22,339 nt of DNA. Source: a bacterium. Its GTDB lineage: Bacteria > Patescibacteriota > Microgenomatia > Daviesbacterales > UBA10151. The position numbers were made by a program, and so were the translations under genes. The stretch is taken from contig JAJYNW010000004.1 in the NCBI GenBank assembly GCA_021786105.1, forward strand, positions 1 through 22,339, written 5' to 3'. The notes beneath the pieces are model-generated. The model saw only the letters and a program-made list of their open reading frames with translations. It was not told the DNA's origin and made no database searches. This document shows positions 9,071-17,490 of the stretch, piece after piece (position 1 is the stretch's first letter; the number at the start of each line of letters is the position of its first letter).

Positions 9071-9505
9071 ATGAAACTACATGAATTATTAAAGGTTAAA
9101 ACTAATACCAAAAAAAGAATTGGCCGCGGTTTGGGATCCGGTAAAGGTAAAACCGGCGGCCGGGGTACCAAAGGTCAAAGGGCCAGAGGTAAAATTCCAA
9201 TGACTTTTACCGGTAGTTTGTCCCTTTACAAAAAATTACCTTTAAAACGGGGTAAAGGTAATACTAAAGTGTCCCCAAAGCCGAAAACTGTCAATCTGTC
9301 TAAATTGAGTGTTTTTAAGACAAAAACCGTGGTAGATATGGCTAAACTTCTGGAGGCTAAGATTGTTTCTCAAAAAGATGCCAAAAAAGGTGTTAAAATT
9401 TTAGGGCAGGGGGAAATCGAGAGCGCTTTAACTATTAAGCTTCCGGTATCAGTATCCGCCCGCCAAAAAATTGAAAAAGCCGGCGGCCAAATAGAAAATG
9501 GCTAA
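9071..9505 (+). CDS. rplO: 50S ribosomal protein L15
   Basis: [32 protein letters not shown] and KIEKAGG motifs. Confidence 0.96.
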   Translation: MKLHELLKVKTNTKKRIGRGLGSGKGKTGGRGTKGQRARGKIPMTFTGSLSLYKKLPLKRGKGNTKVSPKPKTVNLSKLSVFKTKTVVDMAKLLEAKIVSQKDAKKGVKILGQGEIESALTIKLPVSVSARQKIEKAGGQIENG

Positions 9506-10790
9506 TATATTATCTCCAATCATTAATGCTTTTAAGATTGCAGACCTTAGGAGAAAGATCGTTATCACGGCCATTTTGGTAATAATCTTTAGGATTTCCG
9601 CTCATATCCCAGTTTCCGGAGTAGACTTGCGGGGATTGCAAGCTTTATTTGCTTCCAACCAGTTTTTGGGACTTTTGGATATTTTTTCCGGCGGTACTTT
9701 GGCCAATTTTTCCATTATTTCTTTGGGCCTTAATCCGTATATTAACGCCTCAATTATTTTTCAGCTTTTAACTATGATTAGTCCTAAGCTGGAAGCTTTA
9801 TCCAAAGAAGGTGAAATGGGCAGGCAGATGATTAATCAATATACCAGGTATTTAACTGTGCCGCTGGCGATTTTACAGGCAATTGGCATGTTTGTTCTGC
9901 TTAAGAATCAGGGGATTATTACCCAAATCAATCCCATTCAAATTACTGCAATTATTGTAGGTATGACTGCCGGGACCGTTTTTTTGATGTGGCTGGGAGA
10001 ATTAATTACGGAATACGGGATTGGTAACGGTATCTCTTTGCTGATCTTTGCCGGAATTGTGTCCCGGATCCCGGTGGCCTTAACTCAAACTGCCTCTATC
10101 GTTGATCAGACGCAAGTGATCAATATTTTAATCTTTGCTGTTCTCTCGATTTTGGTGGTAGCAGGTATAGTTTTTATCAATGAGGGCAGAAGACAGATAA
10201 CTGTGCAGTATGCCAGGCGTTTTGTCGGCGGAAGAGAACAGGGGGCAGGCGCTCAAACTTATTTACCTTTGCGGGTTAACCAGGCCGGAGTGATTCCGAT
10301 TATTTTTGCCGTGTCTTTAGTTTTGGTGCCGTCTTTTGCCGGAAATTATTTAGCCCAGGTTCACCAGCCGCAACTGTCTGCTTTGGGCAGGCTTATGGTG
10401 ACAAATTTCAACCCGGGAAGCGTGACTTATAATTTGATTTACTTTATTTTGGTAGTTGGTTTTACTTTTTTCTATACCGCGGTGATTTTTAACCCAACTA
10501 AAGTGGCTGATGAAATCAAAAAATATGGTGGATTTATCCCCGGAATTCGGCCCGGTACCCAAACTGCCAGCTATCTTAACTATATTATGGTGAGAATTAC
10601 TCTGGCCGGGGCCTTGTTTTTGGGTGCCATTGCCATTCTGCCTTCGATAGCTTCTCAAGTCACCGGCATTAAAACCTTAATTTTAGGCGGCACTGGGCTT
10701 CTGATTGTGGTATCAGTGATTTTGGATACGGCCAAACAATTTGAAAGCAAATTGATTGAAAGAAGCTATGAGGTGTTTGCCAGAAGATGA
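9498..10790 (+). CDS. secY: Preprotein translocase subunit SecY
   Basis: Multiple hydrophobic segments; [34 protein letters not shown] and [10 protein letters not shown] motifs. Confidence 0.98.
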   Translation: MANILSPIINAFKIADLRRKIVITAILVIIFRISAHIPVSGVDLRGLQALFASNQFLGLLDIFSGGTLANFSIISLGLNPYINASIIFQLLTMISPKLEALSKEGEMGRQMINQYTRYLTVPLAILQAIGMFVLLKNQGIITQINPIQITAIIVGMTAGTVFLMWLGELITEYGIGNGISLLIFAGIVSRIPVALTQTASIVDQTQVINILIFAVLSILVVAGIVFINEGRRQITVQYARRFVGGREQGAGAQTYLPLRVNQAGVIPIIFAVSLVLVPSFAGNYLAQVHQPQLSALGRLMVTNFNPGSVTYNLIYFILVVGFTFFYTAVIFNPTKVADEIKKYGGFIPGIRPGTQTASYLNYIMVRITLAGALFLGAIAILPSIASQVTGIKTLILGGTGLLIVVSVILDTAKQFESKLIERSYEVFARR

Positions 10791-11311
10791 AGATCCTGTT
10801 AATTGGTCCTCAGGGTTCAGGTAAATCCACTCAGGCAGAACTGCTGGCTAAGCATTTGGGTGTGCCGAAAATCACGATGGGAGATATATTCCGTAAAATT
10901 GCTGCCTTAGATACTGAAGAGGGGCAAAGAATCAAACAAATCTTGGATGCAGGTCAATTAGTAGATGATCAAACTACTGCGGAATTGGTTAAAAGAAGAG
11001 TTGAAGAGGCAGATGCTAAAAACGGCTTTATCATGGATGGTTACCCGAGAACCGTTGAGCAGGTAAATATCTTTGAGCCGGATTTTGATAAGGTTATTTA
11101 TCTAAACGTTCCACGCGAAGAAGTAGTAAACAGGTTAATGCAGCGGGGTAGGGCAGATGATACTGAACAACTGATTAATAAACGCCTGGATTTATATTAT
11201 CAACAGACCGCAAGCTTGCTTGATCATTACAAGCAAAAGGGGGTTTTGGTGGAAATTAATGGAATAGGCAATATAGAAGAAATTCAGGATGAAATTAAAA
11301 AGCACCTTTAA
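10787..11311 (+). CDS. adk: Adenylate kinase, short-LID type
   Basis: P-loop [21 protein letters not shown] and short RGRADD lid; position after secY. Confidence 0.93.
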   Translation: MKILLIGPQGSGKSTQAELLAKHLGVPKITMGDIFRKIAALDTEEGQRIKQILDAGQLVDDQTTAELVKRRVEEADAKNGFIMDGYPRTVEQVNIFEPDFDKVIYLNVPREEVVNRLMQRGRADDTEQLINKRLDLYYQQTASLLDHYKQKGVLVEINGIGNIEEIQDEIKKHL

Positions 11312-11317
11312 AAGCCA

Positions 11318-12088
11318 ATGAAACCCAGAAACGCCTATGAGCAGAAATTAATGAAGAAATCCGGCGAAATTGCCGCCAAAGCCTTAAAGCGGGCTATGGA
11401 GACAATAAAAACCGGGGTAACTGAACTGGAAGTTGATGAGGCTGTTAAAAAGGAAATTTATAAACTTGGCGGGGATTTGTCATATAAAACCGTGCCAGGT
11501 TATAAATATGCTACCTGTATTACAGTTAACGAAGAAGTTGTGCATGGTATACCGACTGTCAGGAAATTTGAAGACGGTGATATAGTCAGTGTGGATTTGG
11601 CGGTGATGTATAAGGGTTGGCATACGGATTGTGCTTGGAGCGTTTTGGTGAGGGGACAGGTAACAGGCGACAGGCAACAGGAAGAAGAGAAAAAGAAATT
11701 CTTACAAGTTGGGGAAGAGGCGCTGTGGGAGGGAATCAATCAGGCAGTTCCTGGCAACCGGGTGGGTGATATCTCAAACGCCATTCAAACTAAGGTGGAA
11801 GCGTCAGGGTATCAGGTAGTAAGAAGCTTGGTGGGACATGGTGTGGGTAAAAGCTTACACGAAGATCCGGAAATACCAGGTTTTGGCAGAAAGGGAATGG
11901 GGCCGGTTTTAAAAAGCGGGATGACTTTGGCTATTGAGGTAATCTATACTAGAGGTAGCAGCGATGTAGTTGTAGCTGAAGATGGTTGGACTTTTGTTGC
12001 AGCTGATAATTCCTGGGGAGGACTTTTCGAGATGACAGTGATTGTAGGAGAAAGGGTGGAGGTTTTAACAGATTGGCGAAAAGCTTAA
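11318..12088 (+). CDS. map: Methionine aminopeptidase type I
   Basis: CITVNEEVVHGIP, GDIVSVD, GHGVG..LHEDP and GMTLAIE motifs. Confidence 0.96.
   Translation: MKPRNAYEQKLMKKSGEIAAKALKRAMETIKTGVTELEVDEAVKKEIYKLGGDLSYKTVPGYKYATCITVNEEVVHGIPTVRKFEDGDIVSVDLAVMYKGWHTDCAWSVLVRGQVTGDRQQEEEKKKFLQVGEEALWEGINQAVPGNRVGDISNAIQTKVEASGYQVVRSLVGHGVGKSLHEDPEIPGFGRKGMGPVLKSGMTLAIEVIYTRGSSDVVVAEDGWTFVAADNSWGGLFEMTVIVGERVEVLTDWRKA
11653..11680 (+). repeat. 4 x 7-mer tandem repeat inside map
   Basis: GGGACAG-GTAACAG-GCGACAG-GCAACAG, read in frame as GQVTGDRQQ. Confidence 0.8.
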
Positions 12089-12100
12089 GCCAACTATGGG

Positions 12101-12129
12101 TTGACGGTGTGTGCGTAATCTGTTAGAAT
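12101..12129 (+). promoter_or_regulatory. Internal sigma70 promoter upstream of infA and the alpha cluster
   Basis: TTGACG (12101-12106), 17-nt spacer, TAGAAT (12124-12129), with extended -10 TG. Confidence 0.75.
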
Positions 12130-12203
12130 TGATCGGCTCATTTTTATAACCGCTCTGCCTTTTGCGGAGCCAGGTTACAGTCTTTCGTGAAGCGGAAGTT
12201 TAT

Positions 12204-12446
12204 ATGGCAAAAGACGTTATTGAAGCAGAGGGAAAAGTTAAAGAGGTTCTGCCCAGCACATTGTTTAGGGTAGAGATTATAAGGAGCGATGACTTGCCTG
12301 AATTGGTGGGACGGGTGATTTTGTGCCATATCTCGGGTAAGATGAGAATGCATTATATTAGGTTGTTGGAAGGGGACAAAGTAAGGGTGGAAATGAGTCC
12401 GAGATATGATTTGGATAAAGGAAGGATTACATTTAGGTTGAAATAA
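12204..12446 (+). CDS. infA: Translation initiation factor IF-1
   Basis: [39 protein letters not shown] and KGRITFR motifs. ATG at 12204. Confidence 0.97.
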   Translation: MAKDVIEAEGKVKEVLPSTLFRVEIIRSDDLPELVGRVILCHISGKMRMHYIRLLEGDKVRVEMSPRYDLDKGRITFRLK

Positions 12447-12514
12447 GGTAGTTCTCGGCTTCGCTCGAACAAAAATTATTCTTCGAGCGAGCGTAGCGAG
12501 TCGAGAAGTTACCT
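12446..12514. repeat. REP-like palindromic element between infA and rpmJ
   Basis: TTCTCGGCT/AGTCGAGAA and TCGCTCGAA/TTCGAGCGA stems with a GCGTAGCG bulge. Core GAGCGTAGCG resembles GAGCGAAGCG at 1244-1253. Confidence 0.7.
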
Positions 12515-12523
12515 AAAACTATT

Positions 12524-12640
12524 ATGAAAGTACAGGCATCTATTAAAACACGTTGTAAATTTTGTAAAATAGTCAAGCGCGAGGGCATCTTATATGTCAT
12601 TTGCCCGCGCGACCCAAGACACAAACAAAGACAAGGATAA
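12524..12640 (+). CDS. rpmJ: 50S ribosomal protein L36, zinc-binding type (not in the ORF track)
   Basis: Hand translation: [38 protein letters not shown]. Confidence 0.97.
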   Translation: MKVQASIKTRCKFCKIVKREGILYVICPRDPRHKQRQG

Positions 12641-12643
12641 AAT

Positions 12644-13267
12644 ATGGCAGTTAATACAGAAGAACAAGCAGCAGTTAAGGTAACAGATTTCGATTCAAGG
12701 GAATTGCATCCTGATTATCGGGGATGGAGAGGTGATCGTGAACAGGCGGCAATAGCATTGAAAACAGCTTCAGAGCTAATAAAAAAAGGGAAAGTAGACG
12801 AGATTCTTCTTGCTCAGCAACCAGTAGATGGTCCTTTTGGAATGCTTGAATTGGAGAAAGATGATAAGGGTTTTCATTTATTAGAAAGGAAACGAAGTAG
12901 TATAGATAGAGATAGTTTTGTTACGGCGTTTATGGACGAGAGACGCGGAGAACAAACAGCTGTAATCCGATTAACCACATCAGAGTCTCAACCTAAAAGA
13001 GAGGAAAAATTTGTTGATGTTGTAAATCGTTTGAAAGAATATGAGGGTATGATTGGTGTAACAAAGATAGAGGTAGAGGTGGCAGATCCGAACGGGCTTC
13101 CTGCTGATGTACGCCGGGTGGTATATACACTGGTAGCCGAGAAGAATGAGTATGGTTGGGTTGAAAGATGGGGAGCTAGATTAAAAGGATTTGCTTTGGG
13201 GGGCAAAAAAATCCCGGTTAAAGGACAACCAATAAGCGTGATAGATCATTTACCGATATCAAAATAA
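12644..13267 (+). CDS. Hypothetical protein (207 aa)
   Basis: ATG-initiated ORF filling the rpmJ-rpsM gap with 3-nt and 1-nt spacers; soluble composition; no motif recognised. Confidence 0.85.
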   Translation: MAVNTEEQAAVKVTDFDSRELHPDYRGWRGDREQAAIALKTASELIKKGKVDEILLAQQPVDGPFGMLELEKDDKGFHLLERKRSSIDRDSFVTAFMDERRGEQTAVIRLTTSESQPKREEKFVDVVNRLKEYEGMIGVTKIEVEVADPNGLPADVRRVVYTLVAEKNEYGWVERWGARLKGFALGGKKIPVKGQPISVIDHLPISK

Positions 13268-13268
13268 T

Positions 13269-13673
13269 ATGGCTAGAATTGCAGGAGTAGATTTACCAGA
13301 AAATAAAAGAGTGGATATTGGACTGACCTATATTTATGGTATAGGGCGGGCTAATGTAGTCAAAATTATGGAAGAAACTGGCGTGGCGGCAGATAAAAGG
13401 ATTAAAGATTTGACTGAGGAAGAGGTAAATAAATTACAAAAAAGAGTGGAACAGTTTAAGGTGGAAGGAGATTTAAGGCAGGAGATTGAACAAAATATAA
13501 AACGGTTGGAAGAAATTGATAGCTATAGAGGTCTTAGGCATAGGAAAGGTTTACCAGCCAGAGGACAAAGAACCAGAAGTAATGCCAGGACTAAACGGGG
13601 CAAGAGAAAGACAGTGGGAACTGTTCGAAAAGAAGTAACTCAACCAAGCGCAGCGCCGGCAGGAGGTAAGTAG
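13269..13673 (+). CDS. rpsM: 30S ribosomal protein S13
   Basis: [18 protein letters not shown] and [23 protein letters not shown] motifs. Confidence 0.98.
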   Translation: MARIAGVDLPENKRVDIGLTYIYGIGRANVVKIMEETGVAADKRIKDLTEEEVNKLQKRVEQFKVEGDLRQEIEQNIKRLEEIDSYRGLRHRKGLPARGQRTRSNARTKRGKRKTVGTVRKEVTQPSAAPAGGK

Positions 13674-13675
13674 AG

Positions 13676-14071
13676 ATGGCTAAGAAACAGATTAAACCGA
13701 AAACAACCAAAAAAGTAGAGAGAAGAGTCAGCAGTGGCAGAGTGTATGTGACCGCTACTTTTAACAACACCCTCGTGACTTTGACCGATACTTCAGGCAA
13801 CACTTTGGCCTGGGGTACTTCCGGAACAGCCGGCTTTAAAGGAGCCAGGAGATCAACACCCTTTGCGGCAATTTCCGCTATGGAGAAAGTATCGCAAAAG
13901 GCTAAAGATTTAGGCATGGGATCGGTTGAAGTGTATATCAAAGGTCCTGGCCCAGGCAGAGATGCTACCATCAAGGCTTTAAGAGGTGCCGGTATTAACA
14001 TTACAATGATTGCTGATGTGACCCCAATACCGCACAACGGCCCAAGACCTAAGAAAAGGAGAAGAGTGTAA
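13676..14071 (+). CDS. rpsK: 30S ribosomal protein S11
   Basis: ATFNNT, GFKGARRSTPFAA, KGPGPGRD and DVTPIPHNG motifs. Confidence 0.98.
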   Translation: MAKKQIKPKTTKKVERRVSSGRVYVTATFNNTLVTLTDTSGNTLAWGTSGTAGFKGARRSTPFAAISAMEKVSQKAKDLGMGSVEVYIKGPGPGRDATIKALRGAGINITMIADVTPIPHNGPRPKKRRRV

Positions 14072-14673
14072 TGGCCAGATATACAGGACCCAAAAGAAGA
14101 TTATCAAGACGGGAAGGTTTGGCTCTGTTTGCCAAAGACGCCAAAGCTTTGGAGAAAAAAGGAGCAGTGCCTCCTGGACAACATGGGTTAGGTCGGAGAA
14201 GACGACTTTCAGAATACGGGGTACAGCTGCGGGAAAAGCAAAAAGCCAAAAGGATTTTTGGTTTGCTGGAAAAACAATTTAAGAGATATTACGAAGAGGC
14301 TTCTAAAGTTAAAGGCGCAACCGGTTTATCTTTGTTGCAAAGTTTGGAAACCAGGTTGGACAATGTGGTTTATAGATTGGGTTTTGCCAAAAGCCGAAGC
14401 GGGGCCAGGCAAATGGTAAGCCATGGACATATTAAAGTAGACGGTAAAAAAGCGGCTATTCCGTCCTTTAAAGTCAAACCACAACAGACTATTGAAATTT
14501 CTGAAGATATGAGAGATAATACACAAGTTAAAAAGAGTTTAGAGGAATCGACAACCTTGCCGGAGTGGCTGGAAAGAAAGGCCACAGTTGGCAAGGTTTT
14601 AAGAAGTCCTAACCGAGAAGAAATGGAGCAATCGGTTGATGAACAACTGATTGTTGAATTTTACTCAAGATAA
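14071..14673 (+). CDS. rpsD: 30S ribosomal protein S4
   Basis: MARYTGP, PPGQHG, SEYGVQLREKQK, LETRLDNVVYR and LIVEFYSR motifs. Confidence 0.98.
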   Translation: MARYTGPKRRLSRREGLALFAKDAKALEKKGAVPPGQHGLGRRRRLSEYGVQLREKQKAKRIFGLLEKQFKRYYEEASKVKGATGLSLLQSLETRLDNVVYRLGFAKSRSGARQMVSHGHIKVDGKKAAIPSFKVKPQQTIEISEDMRDNTQVKKSLEESTTLPEWLERKATVGKVLRSPNREEMEQSVDEQLIVEFYSR

Positions 14674-14677
14674 AAAT

Positions 14678-15583
14678 ATGTTTAAAGTTAAAACAGAATT
14701 AGAAAGTGAAAATTTTGCAAAGCTGGCAATTGAGCCGCTGGAAGCTGGTTTCGGGCATACCCTGGGAAACAGCTTAAGGCGAGTATTGTTGACCTTTTTG
14801 CCAGGCGCTGCTGTAACTTCAATCAAGATTGATGGGGTGTCTCATAGATTTTCAACAATAGACGGAGTCTTGGAAGATGTGATTGAGATTATTTTAAATA
14901 TTAAGAAGATTCGCTTGAATGTTCATTCTGACAAGCCGGTTAAATTAACGCTGAAAGTTTCCGGTAAAAAAGAAGTTACCGCCAAGGATTTAACAATAGA
15001 AGGAGATGCGGAAATCGCTAATCCTGAACAACATATTGCTACCCTGACAGATGCTAAATCTAAACTTAGTATGGAAATGGAAGCTGCGCAAGGCAGAGGT
15101 TATTCAGTTTCGGATGACCGCAAATCCAGCGAGATCGGTGTGATTGCTGTTGATGCTTTATTTACTCCAGTGATTGCAGTTAATTATAGTGTTGAGCCAA
15201 CCCGGGTAGGAAGAAGAACAGATTTTGATAAGTTAGTGCTGGATGTGACTACTGATGGAACTATTACACCTTTGGAAGCTGTTAACACGGCGGCCAAAAT
15301 TTTATCAGAAACTTTTCACCAAGTTTATGAACCTAATGCAGAGGAAGAAGTAGAAGAAACCGGTTCCAAAGTTTCTGATGAAGTTTTGAAATTAACTATA
15401 GAAGAATTAGATTTGCCGGTCAGAATAACCAATGCTTTGAAGGCTATCGAAATTAACACTATTGAGGATTTGGTTAATATCAGCAGACAAACCCTGATGA
15501 AGGCAAAGAATTTAGGAACTAAGTCTATACATTTAATATCGGAAAAGTTAGCCGAGAGGGGGTTGTCTTTGCGTGAGGCATAG
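14678..15583 (+). CDS. rpoA: RNA polymerase subunit alpha
   Basis: EPLEAGFGHTLGNSLRRVLL, DALFTPV, DFDKL..TDG and CTD NLGTKS motifs. ATG at 14678. Confidence 0.98.
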   Translation: MFKVKTELESENFAKLAIEPLEAGFGHTLGNSLRRVLLTFLPGAAVTSIKIDGVSHRFSTIDGVLEDVIEIILNIKKIRLNVHSDKPVKLTLKVSGKKEVTAKDLTIEGDAEIANPEQHIATLTDAKSKLSMEMEAAQGRGYSVSDDRKSSEIGVIAVDALFTPVIAVNYSVEPTRVGRRTDFDKLVLDVTTDGTITPLEAVNTAAKILSETFHQVYEPNAEEEVEETGSKVSDEVLKLTIEELDLPVRITNALKAIEINTIEDLVNISRQTLMKAKNLGTKSIHLISEKLAERGLSLREA

Positions 15584-16091
15584 AGTTTATGGTAAACACC
15601 TTGGGAGAAACAAAGATACTCGCGATAACCTCTTTCGGGGTTTAGTGCAAACTCTTCTTACCCACGGAACAATTCAAACTTCAGAAGCTAAGGCCAAAGC
15701 TGTTAAAGGCTTGGTTGATAAAGTAATTAGTTTGGCCAAAGACAAACAAAGAGAAAACCGGCTGCAGGCTTTTGTAACCGATAAAAACTTAAGAGAAAGA
15801 CTTGTCAAAGAAATTGTGCCAAAGCTTGGCACCAGAACATCCGGTTTTACCAGAATCGTCCGGATGGGGACGCGAGTGGGTGACCAAACCAGCATGGTTA
15901 GGATGAGTATAATTGGAGCAGAGGAATTAAAGCCAATAAAGAAAGAAGCAGTCAAATCAGCCGAGGTAAAAGAGGAAAAAGTTAAAAAAGTAGAAAAAGC
16001 AGAAGCGATTGATGAGAAGAAAAGCTCAGTGAGACGATCTGTAAAAACTGCTACACCAAGAAGGAGGGTTGCTGCAAAAGCGTCCAAATAA
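15573..16091 (+). CDS. rplQ: 50S ribosomal protein L17 with charged C-terminal extension
   Basis: [19 protein letters not shown] and RTSGFTRI motifs. GTG start overlaps rpoA. Confidence 0.96.
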   Translation: MRHRVYGKHLGRNKDTRDNLFRGLVQTLLTHGTIQTSEAKAKAVKGLVDKVISLAKDKQRENRLQAFVTDKNLRERLVKEIVPKLGTRTSGFTRIVRMGTRVGDQTSMVRMSIIGAEELKPIKKEAVKSAEVKEEKVKKVEKAEAIDEKKSSVRRSVKTATPRRRVAAKASK

Positions 16092-16095
16092 AATT

Positions 16096-16488
16096 ATGTC
16101 AACTAATAAACTTTCAGCCAAAAATATTAGAAGGGAAAAACATATGATTGATGCCAGCGGAAAAATCTTAGGCCGACTGGCAACTGAAGTGGCAACTATT
16201 TTGATGGGTAAGAAGAAACCTGAATTTGTGCCGTACTTAGATACTGGTGATTTTGTAGTGATTACTAATGCCAGTAAGGTAAAAGTAACCGGTAAGAAGG
16301 CGGAGGATAAAGTTTACGCCCGTCATTCCGGTTATCCGGGCGGGTTAAAAAAGGAAACTTTTGATGAAAAACTTATCAGAAGGCCGGAATATATTATTGA
16401 GCATGCAGTTGCCGGCATGCTTCCTCATAACAGATTAGGCAGACAGATGATTAAAAAATTAAAAGTTTTTGCAGGAGAACAAAAATAA
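16096..16488 (+). CDS. rplM: 50S ribosomal protein L13
   Basis: [40 protein letters not shown] and GMLP motifs. ATG at 16096. Confidence 0.97.
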   Translation: MSTNKLSAKNIRREKHMIDASGKILGRLATEVATILMGKKKPEFVPYLDTGDFVVITNASKVKVTGKKAEDKVYARHSGYPGGLKKETFDEKLIRRPEYIIEHAVAGMLPHNRLGRQMIKKLKVFAGEQK

Positions 16489-16490
16489 TT

Positions 16491-16880
16491 ATGGAAAATA
16501 TTTCAGTAGTGGGACGACGTAAAGAAGCAACAGCTAGAGTGAGACTTTCTGTAGGTAATGGTCAAATCATGGTTAATGGGAAACCTATTGCCGGATATTT
16601 CCCCGGTCCAGTATTACAGAAACAATATAGCCGCCCTTTAGATATTACAAAAACTGGTGGTAAATATACGATCTCAATAAAGATTGAAGGCGGAGGAAGA
16701 GTTGCGCAGTTAGATGCCTTAGTTCACGGAATCTCTCGGGCTATCGCTAAAGCAGAGCCTGGTTTGCGGACAGTTTTGAAAAAAGAGGGTTTACTAACCC
16801 GTGATGCCAGGGTTAAAGAGAGAAGAAAATACGGTCTGGCTCAAAAAGCCCGGGCCAAGAAACAATCTCCAAAACGGTAA
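16491..16880 (+). CDS. rpsI: 30S ribosomal protein S9
   Basis: GRRKEATARV, GLLTRDARVKERRKYGL and KARAKKQSPKR motifs. Confidence 0.98.
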   Translation: MENISVVGRRKEATARVRLSVGNGQIMVNGKPIAGYFPGPVLQKQYSRPLDITKTGGKYTISIKIEGGGRVAQLDALVHGISRAIAKAEPGLRTVLKKEGLLTRDARVKERRKYGLAQKARAKKQSPKR

Positions 16881-16895
16881 GGCTGTCTGCTGATT

Positions 16896-16923
16896 TTGAC
16901 AAAAGAAATTTTTCTGGTATACT
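16896..16923 (+). promoter_or_regulatory. Sigma70 promoter upstream of the T-box leader
   Basis: Perfect TTGACA (16896-16901), 16-nt spacer, TATACT (16918-16923), with extended -10 TG at 16915-16916. Confidence 0.75.
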
Positions 16924-16944
16924 ATATTCACAATTAAATATTTT

Positions 16945-17199
16945 AAATGCGTTAGAGTCTACCGCAGTAGACGAGCAGTGTAGGTCAGTCCGAAAGGAAA
17001 TACTACAACAGAAATTTCACTGTAAATAGAAATAAGCGTGTCGGCAACGGAGCGCTGTAAGATTAAGTTTCTACAGTACTCCTCCATAACCGGAGGATTT
17101 TTTATGTAAAAACTTAAAGCAAGGTGGTACCGTTCATCTATTAAGATGAGCCCTTGTAAGTTTCTGATTAAAAACATCAGGAATTTATAAGGGCTTTTT
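16945..17199 (+). promoter_or_regulatory. T-box-type riboswitch leader (antiterminator/terminator clear; stem I atypical)
   Basis: Antiterminator: CAAGG (17120-24), bulge TGGTACC (17125-31), GTTCATC/GATGAGC, then CCTTG (17152-56). Mutually exclusive 20-bp terminator stem 17149-17168/17176-17195 followed by a T run. 5' boundary approximate. Confidence 0.85.
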
Positions 17200-17215
17200 A
17201 AATGGAGAAAACATT

Positions 17216-17446
17216 ATGGTAGAAAAAGTTGAAATAAATAAAATAACAACCAGTGAAGTTGCCGGTTTAGGAATAAAACAGAAATACCCTTCGGTGGAAA
17301 GCCTAGCTCGAAAGTTGGGAGTACCGGTAGATAGAACTGAAACATACCTTCGGGCTTTGAGTAAGACATTTGGTGAGGGTGATCAAACAGAGAGGATGAT
17401 TTGTTTTTTAGCTTTCAAAAAAAACTTGAACAAACTAGATAAATAA
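17216..17446 (+). CDS. Small hypothetical protein with HTH-like segment
   Basis: GGAG at 17204-17207 then ATG. SVESLARKLGVPVDRTETYLRAL fits an S..xLA..LGV......YL..L helix-turn-helix pattern. Confidence 0.7.
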   Translation: MVEKVEINKITTSEVAGLGIKQKYPSVESLARKLGVPVDRTETYLRALSKTFGEGDQTERMICFLAFKKNLNKLDK

Positions 17447-17475
17447 ACAATGGGTAAACTGAAAGGGTTCGGTTC

Positions 17476-17484
17476 TGTTAAAAT
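17476..17484 (+). promoter_or_regulatory. Possible extended -10 promoter giving a leaderless UDG mRNA
   Basis: TGtTAAAAT (17476-17484) ends 6 nt before the GTG start at 17491; no SD immediately upstream. Confidence 0.45.
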
Positions 17485-17490
17485 AGCTGT

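Noticed and set aside
9060-9075. Absence of rpmD (L30) between rpsE and rplO
   Set aside because: Real, but an established CPR trait. Used only as a taxonomic clue.
6156-14673. Zinc-motif pattern (Cys-containing L24, S14 and L36; Cys-free S4) and short-LID Adk
   Set aside because: All are well-known variants.
16979-17007. GGTCAGTCCGAAAGGAAATAC resembles SRP RNA helix 8 (GUCAGGUCCGGAAGGAAGCAGC)
   Set aside because: It lacks the conserved CAGG/AGCA symmetric loop and lies inside the T-box leader; not called SRP RNA without a covariance search.
213-17177. Many short antisense or alternate-frame ORFs over the r-protein genes and T-box (e.g. 213-461, 986-1198, 13591-14037, 15674-16087, 16959-17177)
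   Set aside because: Shadows of conserved genes or structured RNA, with no recognisable motifs.
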